From the NCBI GenBank assembly GCA_965112155.1, contig OZ218099.1: DNA of 64,000 nucleotides, one strand, 5' to 3'. Both the position numbers and the translations under genes were made by a program. The stretch's first letter is position 1, and the number at the start of each line of letters is the position of its first letter. Origin of the DNA: Podarcis liolepis (Eukaryota). Below the pieces are notes generated by a model. It saw only the letters and a program-made list of their open reading frames with translations. It ran no database searches and had not been told where the DNA came from. This document shows positions 37,016 to 50,033 of the stretch, piece after piece.

Positions 37016-38163
37016 ACTCGATATGCTTAGCCTTCAAGCTAAGACTCATTGCATCTCTCGGTGCTTCATTCTGGACTCCTTCTGTTTCACATTCCCAGAC
37101 TGTGAAACTTGGAAACACATCCGTTATTGTTGGGTTATCTTCATTTGACTGTGTCATTTCAGTCAAAAGGACAAACCTTGTCATCCACGTCTAAAAATCA
37201 AAGCACAAATCCCCACTTAATTGAAACGGAATTTCCAGCCCCTAAATCCATTTTTAATGAGATCACATTTGGCTCATTAAGATCCAAGCCTGACTCGTTT
37301 CCTTTCCTTATGTTTGCAACCCATAGACTGGAAGGCTGGTTTTCTTCCTCAATAAATATATATATGGTACTTTTATGTCTTGAGTTTCTTTTGGTGCCTG
37401 GAGAGAGTAGTGACTCAGGTCGGATCCACAGCATACATTTAAAACACTCTTAACTACAGTGGTACCTCAGGTTACATATGCTTCAGGTTACATACGCTTC
37501 AGGTTACAGACTCCGCTAACCCAGAAATATTGTATTGTCTCTGTCCCACCCTTATTCCTTTAATTTATTGATTACATCTTATTCTTTGCACCAAAACTTC
37601 TAAAACTAATATAAAGGTGACAGCGTACAACCTTGTCTAGTGCCTTTAGTTATTTTACAAGTCTCAGTCGATACGTTATTTACTATCAATTTTGCTGATT
37701 GTTCTGTATCCTTTGTAACCTTTTAATAAAGAATCCAGAGGCCCGTTGCCGCTACACGGGAGATGGATTAAAGAAAAGAAAATACAAAATTGGTCCCACC
37801 CTGTAGCTTGACCAGTGGCAGCTAGGAACAGCTAGGAGCTAGGTGGAGTCATTGATCTCAAAAAAATGTAGACTCGTACAAGCAGGCCAGCTTCTGTTTT
37901 GACTTAAATGTTTATTTTGGGCTTCTTGGAAATATGTAAAAGCATGGAGGGGGGGGAGCACCGGCTCACAATGTTACCCACCTCAGAGGTGCCGGAAATG
38001 CGCTCTGTCTGGAAAAAAAGGACAGGGTACCAGCCCATTTAGAAGCAAACAAAGAAGCCATTTGCCTGCAAATAAAGCCTCCCTTGAACTCTGGTGTTTT
38101 CTGAATGTTCTTGTGACTCTTGCTTTTATTGTTATTTTTTAGTTCGGTGTAAGCCATTATATA

Positions 38164-38503
38164 GGGACGTGGGTGGCGCTGTGGGTTAAACCACAGAGCC
38201 TAGGACTTGCTGATCAGAAGGTCGGCGGTTCGAATCCCCGCGACGGGGTGAGCTCCCGTTGTTCGGTCCCAGCTCCTGCCAACCTAGCAGTTCGAAAGCA
38301 CGTCAGAGTGCAAGTAGATAAATAGGGACCGCTCCCGCGGGAAGGTAAACGGCGTTTCTGTGCGCTGCTCTGGTTCGCCAGTAGCAGCTTAGTCATGCTG
38401 GCCACATGACCCGGAAGCTGCGGAGAAACGCCGGCTCCCTCGGCCTATAGAGCGAGATGAGCGCCAAAGTCGGTCACGACTGGACCTAATGGACCTTTAC
38501 CTT
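38164..38503 (+). mobile_element. Sauria SINE
   Basis: Full head and tail; 13-bp TSD TAAGCCATTATAT. Confidence 0.9.
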
Positions 38504-38719
38504 TAAGCCATTATATTGGTAACAATATTAAAAGGAAGCTTTTGGTACTGCCCATAATCATTCGTTGGAAGTAGCTTTATTAACGTATTAAGGTTCATTT
38601 AAAGGGGTTTGATGGGGAACAGAAGCATGCTCTATTAACTTTCTTGCTAGTTCTCCTTGTTTTGAATTGAAAGGACTTTCCCGTTCTGTTTTCAACAAGG
38701 AGTTTTCTTTCCCTCCTAG

Positions 38720-38800
38720 GAGATAACGGGCCTTGGGCTGAGAAATGTGACTATGCGGGCAGTGTCGGTCCCTACACGGGGAGATGGCAAACAAGAAGAG
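38720..38800 (+). CDS. ARSG: ARSG coding exon 7 (GDNG metal-ligand motif)
   Basis: TAG acceptor, 81 bp, [27 protein letters not shown], donor GTAACT. Not in the ORF track; found by reading the sequence. Confidence 0.95.
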
Positions 38801-39093
38801 GTAACTGCTGGCACTCATTCATTTCTAGGGCTTGTTTGGCTCTTTCGCAGCACATGTGCAGAAATCAGGATCTTGTTTTCTATAAGCTCCCTTATCAAAA
38901 TTCAGGCAAAAAGCTGGAAGGGAAGTTAGGATGTATCCTCTGTTTCAGTCCAATAGCACTGACCTCTTCCTCCTTCACTGGTGGTAGCACCCTTGCCATG
39001 GAAGACTTAGATCAGGGAGGCCCAACATTTTGGGGTTGGGGCATTTTTGGGTTGGAAAAATAAAGTACCCATTTCACAGAATACAAACTGGTG

Positions 39094-39386
39094 CATGCCC
39101 TCCGACATTTATCTGATGAAAATACAGACGTCCTACCTGCCAACCTAGCAGTTCGAAAGCTCGCCAAAGTGCAAGTAGATAAATAGGTACCGCTCTGATG
39201 CGAAAGTAAACGCCGTTTCCGTGTGCTGCTCTCGTTCGCCAGAAGCGGCTTAGTCATGCTGGCCACATGACCCGGAAGCTGTACGCCAGCTCCCTCAGCC
39301 AATAAAGAGAGATGAGCACCGCAACCCCCGAGTCGGTCATCACTGGACCTAATGGTCAGGGGCCCCATTACCTTTACCTTATTCAA

Positions 39387-39421
<35 letters not shown>

Positions 39422-40000
39422 ATGGTGATGGTGATGGTGATATTATCATCTGGCTGGGTTGCCCCAGCCACTCTGGGAGGCTTCCGACATATATGAAAAC
39501 ATAATAAAACATTATACATTTATAAACTTCCCTTTACAGGACTGCCTTCAGATGTCTTCTAAAGGGTGTATAGTTATTTATCTCCTTGACCAGGGGTCAG
39601 CAAAGTTTTTCAGCCATGGGCCGGTCCCTCAAACCTTGTGGGGGGCTGGACTATATTTTGAAAAAAATAATAATGAATGAATTCCTATGCCCCACAAATA
39701 ATCCAGAGATGCACTTTAAATAAAAGGACACATTCTCCTCATGTAAAAACACTCTGATTCCTGGACCATCCGCAGGCCGGATTTAGAAGGTGATTGGGCC
39801 AGATCTGGCCCCTGGGCCTTAGTTTGCCTACCCATGTCCTTGGCTCTAGGGTCGCATAACTCCATACCCTCCAATATTTCCCCGATGAAAATAGAGATGT
39901 CCCAAGGAAAAGCGGGACATTCTGGGATCAAATCAGAAACTGGGATGGCATCTGTAAATTCAGGACTGTCTCTGGAAAATAGGGGCACTTGGAGGGTCTG
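39094..40000 (-). mobile_element. Same composite MITE, inverted, with nested Sauria SINE (approx. 39135-39380) and hAT MITE (approx. 39590-39836)
   Basis: CATGCCCTCCGA...TTGGAGGGTCTG; TSD CTGGTG/CTGATG. Confidence 0.75.
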
Positions 40001-40496
40001 CTGATGATGCTCAAATAGCAAAATGTACACACCCAAAGCCAAACAAAACGAAGAGCTCCTCCACCCTAAACAACCAACTGGAACATCAGAAAGTGTCTTA
40101 TACTTATATGTGTGTTTTAGCTGTCTTGGACTTTCAGATTTGCTCATACAACATTGAACACAGTTTTTCAAGTGCTTGCCAGTGGATTCATAGAAGAGGA
40201 AATTTTCTTGTATTCTCACTGTCGCTGTGGTTACTGGGGATAGTTCCCACTTGAGAGGGAGTCCTTGGACTCGATAATAATTTCAGTGTTCCCAGTTTTA
40301 ACTTTGATGTACTAGTCAAAGTTCAAATTTTGATGGGCAGTGCCCTCTTAGTGGGGATTATCTTAAAAATAGCACCACATGTTTACAGAGAGATAAATAC
40401 CCAAAGATGTTTATTATCGGTCTGTAAATCACAAGGAGAGATACTGACAGACTGTCTCTCATTTCTCGCAAAGCGCTGGAGTTGTGATCTGGATTA

Positions 40497-40738
40497 CAGT
40501 CGTACCTCGGGTTACAAACGCTTCAGGTTACATAGGCTTCAGCATACAGACTCCAATAACCCAGAAATAGTACCTCGGGTTAAGAACTTTGCTTCAGGAT
40601 GAGAACAGAAATCATGCTCCGGTGGCGCAGAAGCAGCGGGAGGCCCCATTAGCTAAAGTGGTGCTTCAGATTAAGAACAGTTTCAGATTAAGAACGGACC
40701 TCCGGAACGAATTAAGTATTTAACCTGAGGTACCGTTG
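40497..40738 (+). mobile_element. Tc1/pogo-type MITE
   Basis: 11622 family, TA flanks. Confidence 0.9.
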
Positions 40739-41230
40739 TATTTTGAAGTGGCCTGATTTTTCTCATGGGCTCAAAGTTTGTTAATGCATTGTGGAGCTTG
40801 GTTTCCTTCCTTCTTTCCTTACCCCTTTGATGCCATGTAGTGGGCAAATATTGGGACCTCCTTGTTATATGTAAGAAATGCTGATGAAAAGCGATCTCCT
40901 GCCATCATTTTGATTTCATCAGGAGAATAGGATCCAAGTCTTGCTTTGCCTGAAATGACAGCGATGCAGTGCCATGGCCTTTTCCGCCAGGGAGGAGATT
41001 TCGATGAGTCAGTGCTGAATGAGGCACATACAAGATACCTCTGTCCTGTGTCACCCATATTGGAAACATCTGGGAATCAGTGTAGGCATGTTGTTCCTAT
41101 TCTGGAAATTATGAGACCGGTTGGAAGAGGAGAGCACACACAAATTGGATTCCTACAAATTGGAATTCAGTGTCGTGCTGAGCAGATCACTCCATCAGCA
41201 TAAGCATTTCTCCTTTCTACTGGAGTGATG

Positions 41231-41576
41231 GGACATGGGTGGCGCTGTGGGTTAAACCACAGAGCCTAGGGCTTGCCAATCAGAAAGCCGGCAGTTTGAA
41301 TCCCCGCGACGGGGTGAGCTCCCGTCGCTCGGTCCCTGCTCCTGCCAACCTAGCAGTTCGAAAGCATGTCAAAGTGCAAATAGATAAATAGGCACCGCTC
41401 CGGTGGGAAGGTAAACAGCGTTTCCGTGAGCTGCTCTGGTTCGCCAGAAGCGGCTTAGTCATGCTGGCCACATGACCCAGAAACTGTACGCTGGCTCCCT
41501 CAGCCAGTAAAGCGAGATGAGTGCTGCAACCCCAGAGTCCACGACTGGACCTAATGGTCAGAGGTCCCTTTACCTT
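41231..41576 (+). mobile_element. Sauria SINE
   Basis: Full head and tail; 13-bp TSD TACTGGAGTGATG. Confidence 0.9.
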
Positions 41577-42257
41577 TACTGGAGTGATGTCCCCTCTCCT
41601 TTCCCCATATACTGTTCTGGTGTTTCTCCTGCCCTTCCCAAAACGATTAGAGAGGGATGCAGAGAGCACAGGCATGGGGGGTGAGAGGAGGATGAAAGCC
41701 TTGCTGTCCTAGCAGGTCTTATTGTGCTGGTTCTCGCAAGTGCAACAACTTGGTTGAATCTGGCCCTTCTTTATTTGTTTAAAAGCTTTTTTATGCGTTG
41801 CTTAATAGGCCAAAAATCTCTAATTAGTAACAGTAGTGATTTCCCTCCGACAGCAGCTTTGGGAAACGGGGGTTTTTACTGGGATCGTTACAACTGTGAT
41901 GTAAGCTCATCAAAAATGCCCCGAAACAAACTAGCAGCTGCAGTGCTGACCAAGTCCGATTCGTGGAATTTATGCTCTCTGACAGAATACAGAGACTCCA
42001 AGGTGTTCACTTTGGCATAACTCTGCCTGTTAGTTCCATTTATCTGTATTTGGTTTCACTGAAACGTTAGTTTTTTTCTAAGAGGTGCCAAGTTACCCAA
42101 GAGGCTCCCTTTGTTTTTCATGCCTTTGAAAACATCTCTCTCATTGTAAAGATGAGATCAGATCTGCATCTGTGTGTCTCTTTTGCATTGGTGGGATTAT
42201 TTATGTTGAGGTAGGCAGGAGGCCACACTGTGAAGTATCCGATTCCTGCTTCTAGTA

Positions 42258-42321
<64 letters not shown>
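42258..42321 (+). repeat. (CT)n(GT)n compound microsatellite
   Basis: Read directly from the sequence. Confidence 0.95.
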
Positions 42322-44664
42322 AAAGTCATATTTCCCCAGTTGCTCTTTGAGAGCAGAAGCAGCAGCTATTTCCACATATGTTTCCTGTCCGTTTCCAAAT
42401 ATAGAAAGGAATGGTCTGACATTTATAATAAAAAGCTGCCACAGAACTCACAGTCCCAGGGCTTTGCTGTCTTCATTTAAAATCCCTTCCCTACTTCTAA
42501 AACTTCCTCTCTGACCATGCGACTTAACTTCTCATTTATTTCTGGAAATTAGTTAACCAGTTCGCATCTCTAAGAGCCATATTTCAACCCAGCATCTCAC
42601 TATATCACAAGGGTGAAGAACCTGTGGTCCTCTGCATGTTATTGGATCCCAGTTCCCATCAGCCCCACCCCATGCTGTACAGTGGCCAAGGAATGATGGG
42701 AGTTGTAGTCCGGCAACATTAGTTATTCCTTGTTTACACAGTATAAAACAAATCACATCTTCAAATTAGGCATGTGCTGCCACAAGATGTGACGGCCAAG
42801 AGCTCAGAGGCCTTTGAAGTAGATTAAATTTGCAGCGGATTATGCTTTTAATGGTTGTTAGTCATAATGGCTCCAGATTCAAAGGAAGCATACTACTGAA
42901 AGCCTGATGTTGGAAGTCTGGAACCAACAACGAGATGTCTGTAGTCTTCCTGTCTTGCTTCCCAGAACCATGGGAAGGACTATAGCTGAGTGGTAGAACA
43001 CTTGCTTCGCATGCTCAAGGTTCAATCCCTAACACCTCCAGGTAAAATTGGGAAAAGCTGAAATTCTGGAGAGTGGAGGAAAGGTGTTTTGGGCTGCAAA
43101 TCCCATTAGCCCCAGCCAGTGTGGCAAATGGCCAGGGATGGTGGGAGTTATAATCACCTGCCTTTCCTTTGGAAGCAGAGGAGAAAATATCTGAGGACAG
43201 CCATGGTGATTAGCTAAGGGCGAAGATGGTCAGCTAGTACTCTGGTGCCGAAGTGGTGAACCCGCCACTTTGACTTGATCTTGGAAACAGATTGGGAGAC
43301 AGTGTTTTCAACACCAGCAGTATAAATATAATCCCAACGCCTGGTCTTCTGCACCTGTGTCGCCACCTGCATTTTGAACTAACCACAGACTTCAAAGGAA
43401 GCAGCATGTACTGCATGTGGCAGTGGTCTAATCTGAAGGCTACCAGAATATAAGAGACATAGCCAGGTGATCTGTATCCATAAGTGGCCACAGCAGGTGC
43501 AGTAAGCTCTGCTCCAAACCACTAGGGCTCCTTCCCTAGCCTGTGAACCTCATCCTTCAGAAGTAGTGCAGCCCTGTTTGGAATTGGTTGAAAACCACCC
43601 CTCTAAAATGGCAAACTTGCCAACAGCAGGACTGAACTTGAGCTCTTACAATGTTTGCATGAGCTATAGACAAGCCCTAAAGTCCTCCAGAAAGCATCTC
43701 AATATGTTCCCTGGCAAAAAGTTATGCGTGCAATAAATCAAGTGGCATCCCATGCCCTGGTAATTTTCCATTTTGGGCCTTTCCAGGGGGTGTTTTGGGT
43801 TTGTCCATCCCCACCCCCTCTTCCTTACAAGGAAACATTCTGTTTTCTCTCCTCCGTCAGATTTCCCCCAGAAGCCTTGGCCTTTGTAATTTAATGCAAC
43901 AGGATGCTTGCATAACATTTGATTATTGAAACAAATGCCACAGGCCTGTGTTATTTTGCGTGGATGGGCACTTCAGCACAGAGCTGGTCCAGAAAAAGCC
44001 CCTTATTAGGGCCGGTGCAATTTGTACCCTTTGTGTTTACAGACACTGTGCTTTGGGGAAGGGAGGTGAATGCGCTTGTCAACAAGCACTCGTCGTTTTT
44101 GATTTTGGAAGGGGAGGGGGAGGAAGTCACTTGAATTGAGTTTGTTTCATTTAGCCTATTTGTAAAGCAGAGCCTTTCCATTAAAAAACAACAACAATTA
44201 GCCAATGCAGCCACAACAGAAAGCAGCAAAGATCTCTTTTTTCTTTCTTCAGCTTGAATGTGAGAAGTGTTGCTGGGGTTTTAGGCAGCCATATCCAAAC
44301 CTAGGCCGGGAAGGTGTAGTTTTCCAGCTTGTACATAGAGGCTGGGTGTTGCCAGAGTTTCCCAAATTCGAGTCGCCTGCTGTTTCTGGACTACAATTCC
44401 CATGATCCCTCACTACTGGTCCTGCTAGCCAGGGATGATGGGAGTTGTAGTCCATCAACTGCCGGAGACCCAAGTTTGGAAAACACTGTGTTAGACAGTG
44501 GGTCCAGAGGAAAAATTGAGTTGAAAGTGTTCTAATCCTATTTGACCTCCTCTCTCCCTTCCCCAGAGCTTATCAGTTTTGTGAGGTGGAGATCAGGGCC
44601 TCAACCATGATTGCATTTGGGGCAGCTCTACCTACTTCCACCATTCATTCCCCCCCCCCACCAC

Positions 44665-45350
44665 GTAATTTTTATTAAGATTTCTTGGTTTACAGAAGTA
44701 TGTGCAATGCCTCTTTTTTCAAGTTACATTTTCTACACATCAGTTTCATTTGTTGAGACATTAGTGTTACATCAGAAAGAAAAGGGGGAAAGAGGTGGAG
44801 GGGGCCATGGTGAGTGGGGGTGGAGTTGGGTGGCCATGTTTCTATTTTACTTCATGTATGTGTGGGGTTTTGTGTCAGCGTCGCTTGTGCAGGTTCTCTT
44901 TTACTATTCGCTTGTGTTCCTTTGGTGGTGAGAGAGGTTGGGGTTGGCCTAGAACAGGCTTCCTCCACCTCGGCCCGCCAGATGTTTTTGGACTACAATT
45001 CCCATGACCCCTAGCTGGCAGGACCAGTGGTCAGGGGTGATGGGAACTGTAGTCTCAAAACATCTGGAGGGCCAGGGTTGAGGAAGCCTGGCCTAGGGTG
45101 TGGTTGTTTGTTTGTGGTTGGCTGTGGTGAGCTTCGTTTTCATGTGTGAGTGGGGTGGGTGGGTGTTTTTGAATCAGGTTAGCCATATTGATTCATATGC
45201 TGTTGGTGGATACTTGTCATTCTCCTGTTGGGCTGTGTATGTGATAAAGGGGAGCCATAACGGGGTGGAGGCGTCATCTTCCATTTGTCCCCCTGTCAGT
45301 TTCAGTTTATTGGTTAGTTTTTCTAATATGACTGGTTCCCATACTATACT
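44665..45350 (-). mobile_element. L1-type LINE 3' end (approx.)
   Basis: IVWE..ILEKLTNKLK...LWLPFITY C-terminus plus a 3' UTR ending AATAAAAATT. Confidence 0.6.
44955..45090. mobile_element. hAT MITE nested in an L1 3' fragment
   Basis: CAGGCTTCCTC...GAGGAAGCCTG; TSD GCCTAGAA/GCCTAGGG. Confidence 0.8.
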
Positions 45351-46659
45351 CCCACCATTCATGCATTGAGTGGCACATCTGTAGAGTGGAGCCTATCATG
45401 TGACAATCAGGGTTCCACATCGGGGTAGGGAGAGCCTTCATTGGTCAAGCAGCCTACATAACCCAAACAAAGTCAGAGGTCTGCGATGCAGAAGCCGCAG
45501 TTAATTCAGAATGCTGCAGCACGGTTGCTGACACGAGTGAGTGATTGTCTGCATGTAATACCTCTGCTTCTGGAATGGCACCGGTTGCCCGCTTGTTACT
45601 AGGCCAAATTCAAGGTGTCATAGTTGGTACCGGAAGCCCTTTTGTGCCCATTCCACTATTCTGATCTGCGGAACTGGCACCGTTACAGGGACCACATAAT
45701 TCCCCTTCCACAATTAAGCATCATAATCATCATAATAAATTTAATTAGACTCCGCCCATCTGGCTGGGTTTCCCCATCCACTCTGGGCAGCTCCCAGCAG
45801 AATATTTAAAATACAGTAAAAGATCAAACATTGAAAACTTCCCTAAACAGGGCTGCTTTCAGATGTTGCTTACAATTTTAAGAAATCAGTCTTTTAGTAT
45901 GGCAGCACCTGCCTGTTGACATGAGGCAGACACCTTCCCTGTACTGTTTTCAGGGCCTGCTTAGAACATTTTTGTGCAAATGTGTAGGGGCTAATGTGTC
46001 CTAAAATAATTGTTTTTCAATATTTAAAACTCTACAGGTAATTTTGAAACTTCTTGTAAACCGTTTCAGAGATTTTTGCTGCAATCAAGCAACTTATATA
46101 TTTTGTTAAATAAAAACAATTTGCCATCAGCAGGAGGAGGAGGAGAGATCATTTTTAAACAAAGCAGCACGGTCTGACATGGTTATATAAATGTTTATGC
46201 ACTCTGGATGTAACAGCTCCACGTACCAAACATTTCCAAATATTGTTGGGCAAACAAAGCACAGACAAGCCCATCTCTGTCTAGCCCCTCAGGACTAGAT
46301 GTACAAGCAGAACTGAATCGGAATCAATTAAAGTGTTTCCTGTATGCCTCCTATCTGACTTAGGCAATGAGAAAAAATGTGGATGTTCCAGTGGTTGAAA
46401 ACAGCTGTGCGACTTTTGAAACTATTTATAAAAAGTGCAATGGAAGGCGAAGGTGTTCTTCCTAAATCTTGAAAGTGGAATAAAAAGTTTTTAAAGTGGG
46501 GCACCTGCTCTCATGAGTTCTTTTTGTTGTCAGCGGAGAACCTTTGCATCTCCTGGATCAGAGCTCAGCCTTCCCACCCACCTCTCTTCATCCTGACCCT
46601 TTGTCAGCTGCACTGTCTCTGAAGCCATGTTTTTGCTGCTGCTGCAAGTGTACGTGTTA

Positions 46660-46850
46660 GAGGCCATAGCTCAGTGTTAGAACATCTTCCTTGCATGCAG
46701 AAAGTCCCAGATGCAGCCCCCGTCGTCTCCAAGTAGGACTGGGAGAAACTTCTCTCTGAAATCTTGGGAAAGCCGCTGAAATGCCAAGGTGGACAATGCA
46801 AAACCAGATGAACTTTTGACTTGGTCTAAGGCAGCTTCCTGTGTTCCTTT
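46660..46850 (+). mobile_element. tRNA-derived squamate SINE (approx.)
   Basis: GGCCATAGCTCAGTG head and AAGGCAGCTTCCTGTGTTCC tail; a partial relative lies near 42975-43075. Confidence 0.7.
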
Positions 46851-47010
46851 GTGTTAAGGCAGAGCGGTCCAAGCCCACTCCCCGACAAGCCTGTCTTCGC
46901 TTCCTCCTCTCAGCCACAGCTGTCATTCCCTCCCTGCTCTGCCCCCCGTCCTGGCAGTGACTCCAGACTCCACAGCAGGATTTACACTTGATTCCCTACC
47001 CCCCATCTAT

Positions 47011-47504
47011 CAGTCGTTCCTTGGTTTTTGAACAGCTTAGTTCTCAAACGTTTCGGTTCCTGAACGCCACAAACCCAGAAGTGAGTGTTCCAGTTTACGA
47101 ACTATTTTTGGAAGCCGAACGTCTGACAGGGTTTCCGCAGCTTCTGATTGGCTGCAGGAGCTTCCTGTAGCCAATCAGAAGCTGTGCTTCGGGTTCTGAA
47201 CGTTTTGGAAGTCAGAACGGACTTATGGAACGGATTCCGTTCGACTTCCAAGGTACTACTGTACAGTGGTACCTCGGGTTAAGAATTTAATTCATTCCGG
47301 AGGTCCATTCTTAACATGAAACTGTTCTTAACCTGAAGACCACTTTAGCTAATGGGGCCTCCCGCTGCTGTTGCGCCGCCACTGCACGATTTCTGTTCTC
47401 ATCCTGAAGCAAAGTTCTTAACCCGAGGTAATATTTCTGGCTTAGTGGAGTCTGTAACCTGAAGCATATGTAACCTGAAGCGCATGTAACCTGAGGTACC
47501 ACTG
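47011..47504. mobile_element. Two abutting Tc1/pogo-type MITEs (47011-47261, 47264-47504)
   Basis: TIRs; shared TA at 47262-47263. Confidence 0.85.
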
Positions 47505-48071
47505 TACTGTGCTTTTATGTAGATGATTTGACATCACACTTTTTGTCCATGCCAAGTCTTTGCCTTGTGCGCATTCACAGCTAGTCCTGAAGGAAGGTTA
47601 CTGTGGCTGCAAGACCATGATGACTTAACCCAAATTTGGCCAATCCAGCTGGGATGGAGCTCAAGCATAGCATGCTATGTGCTGCACCAGTACTTTGTAA
47701 ACATTTATAATCTTCAGGAGTGTCTCCCCCGTCCCCGCCCTGTGCATGTTGAAAAAGCTAAAAATATCCCAGATTCAACCTTGAATAGGCCTTGCATTCT
47801 GCTGTTGCCACTGCTGAATAAACTGAAGCAGCGTAGAGGAAGGAATTGATGAGATCATTAGGACTGCTGTGTCATTTATGTTATGCACTGTTTTGGGCTA
47901 GCACAATTTCACATCTCCGTTATTGGATTTTTTTGTCTCATTTTTAAAAAGGAGAGAACTTGTCCCCCTGTCTCTTAACTATTTAGCTTTTGTTTTGTGA
48001 TCTTGGCTCTTTGGGAACTCTCCTGGCAGACAGGCCTCCGCAAATACATTTTCTCTGTTTAAATTTTGCAG

Positions 48072-48180
48072 GCGGGAGCTCAGCAAAGCAAACGACCTGG
48101 GAAGGGGGTCACCGGGTTCCCACGCTTGCCTACTGGGCAGGGAAGATCCCGGCAAATGCCACGAGTCCTGTGATGTTGAG
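48072..48180 (+). CDS. ARSG: ARSG coding exon 8
   Basis: CAG acceptor, 109 bp, [35 protein letters not shown] (sulfatase K..WEGG.RVP motif), donor GTAAGA. Confidence 0.96.
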
Positions 48181-49339
48181 GTAAGAGAACGTAACAGTGC
48201 CTGCTGTTCTTCTGGGATCATTTTCAAGATCCGCCTGGAGAGGGGCGTTGATGGCCAAACCCAAAACTGGCGCAGGCTTCATGTGGGGAACAGCTGAACT
48301 GCTCTGGCATGAACCGGAACTGCTGAGAACATACATTCCTGGGAAGTGGAGGAACCTGCCATTTCCAGAGGGATAAACAGAACAACAAAAATGGAGGTGT
48401 TGTCCTGAGTTAACCAGTAATAAACTCTGTTAAGCGCCCACAGATTTATGCAACCCTCTGCACCCTTTAGCCCCTTTCTCAGACCTTAATAAGGATTAAG
48501 AAGAAGGCTTGGGGGGGGGGAGGGGACAAAAAAACCATGTGGCTGTTTAGGGTGAAGGGGTTCAGAGATGCTGGCCACTGAGTCAACAACTGAGTTCTTC
48601 CAAGGGGGTTGTTTTCCTCCTGGGTTTGAAAGTGGCCAAAAGTTAACTTTTGAGATGTTTACTCAGATAAAGATTTCAAAATCCCTGTCTCATGAGAACA
48701 GGAGTAAAAATTATTCCCTACTAATAACCTTACGTAACTTCACTTCCTTCTGACCTCATTGCTTCCAACTCTCTAGTACTTCATGCTTCTGATCAACTCA
48801 ACTGGTTCCTGAAAGCTTGTGCCATAATAAATGTGATTGTCCCTAAGGCAGCCTTTCTCAAACTTGGGTCCTCGGATGCTACTGAACTACAACTCCTATC
48901 ATCCTTGTCCACTGGCCATGCTGGCTAGGAATGATGGGAATTGTAGTCCAACAACATCTAGGGACTCAAGACAGAGAACAGCTGCTGTAAGGCGATGCAA
49001 TGCTTTTTGTTGTAATTGGTAACTGCATTGGTATCATGAATCAAAAACAGCTTACCGCACACAGACAAAAACCTATAGAGAGCGCCCACATTAATCCAGA
49101 TGGCTTGCTGGGGACACTCCTTTGAAGGAGTCAAGGATGCTTGCTTCTGTATTGTTACCCTGCATGGTATTTCCGTGGATGAGCTTGGCCAAAACGTGTT
49201 AACAAGCTGTGAGTGGGAAGCTGACTGTTCAGATCTCACCTCTGTCATTAACTTTGCTTTTGGCAAACTGCTGCCTCTCATCCTCCGTTTCCCCCATACA
49301 TAAGATAGGATTCTTAATGTGGAGTCTGTCTTACAGTAC

Positions 49340-49599
49340 TGTTGTTGGGACTGCTGAGATGGTCCTGGAAGATAGTACCCAGACCCTGAGATCATCACTT
49401 CTGAGGCCCTTCTTCGTGTGCCCCACTTCCTCCACGAGAGGTGCGGAGGGTGGCAACACGAGAACGGGCCTTCTCTGCAGTGGCTCCCCTTCTGTGGAAT
49501 GCTCTCCCCAGCGAGTTTTGCCTGGCGCCTTCATTATACATCTTTAGGCGCCAGGCAAAAACGTTCCTCTTTATCCAAGCCTTTGACTGATTGACATCT

Positions 49600-49633
<34 letters not shown>

Positions 49634-49870
49634 CTTTATTATTTATACCCCGCCCATCTGGCTGGGTTTCCCCAGCCACTCTGGGCGGCTTCCAACAAAA
49701 AATAAAAAATACATGAAATAATCCAATGTCTTTAAAGTGTGTTGGGAGGGGGTGATTGGGTTGCTTTTGTTTTTATCCTTATTTTGTATTTTGTGTTTTT
49801 ATATTGTGATTTTATCTTGAGACCTGCGGGTATAGGGTAGTATATAAATTTCAACAACAACGTTATTATT
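49340..49870 (+). mobile_element. L2 3' fragment with an opposite-strand L2 tail nested at approx. 49600-49715
   Basis: RAFSAVAP.LWNALP-type end; (CAA)n and a reverse GGCTGGGTTTCCCCAGCC tail. Confidence 0.7.
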
Positions 49871-49991
49871 GTTGCTATTGTTATTGTTGTTATTATTATT
49901 AATATTATTGTTGTTGTTGTTGAAATTTGTATACCACCCTATACCTGCAGGTCTCACAAGATAAAATCACACTATAAAAACACAAAATACA
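49785..49991. repeat. Inverted duplication of a LINE tail (about 77-bp arms)
   Basis: Arms differ by 4 substitutions and a 2-bp indel; about 50-nt (TTA/TTG) spacer. Confidence 0.85.
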
Positions 49992-49993
49992 CT

Positions 49994-50033
<40 letters not shown>

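Noticed and set aside
37752-37766. CTACACGGGAGATGG resembles part of coding exon 7
   Set aside because: Only 15 nt with an indel; compatible with chance and no evidence of a duplicated exon.
39012-40219. Longest ORFs in the track (166 and 167 aa)
   Set aside because: They run through nested SINE, MITE and microsatellite sequence; chance open frames.
46660-46735. tRNA-like sequences here and at other SINE heads
   Set aside because: Degenerate and continuous with SINE bodies; not tRNA genes.
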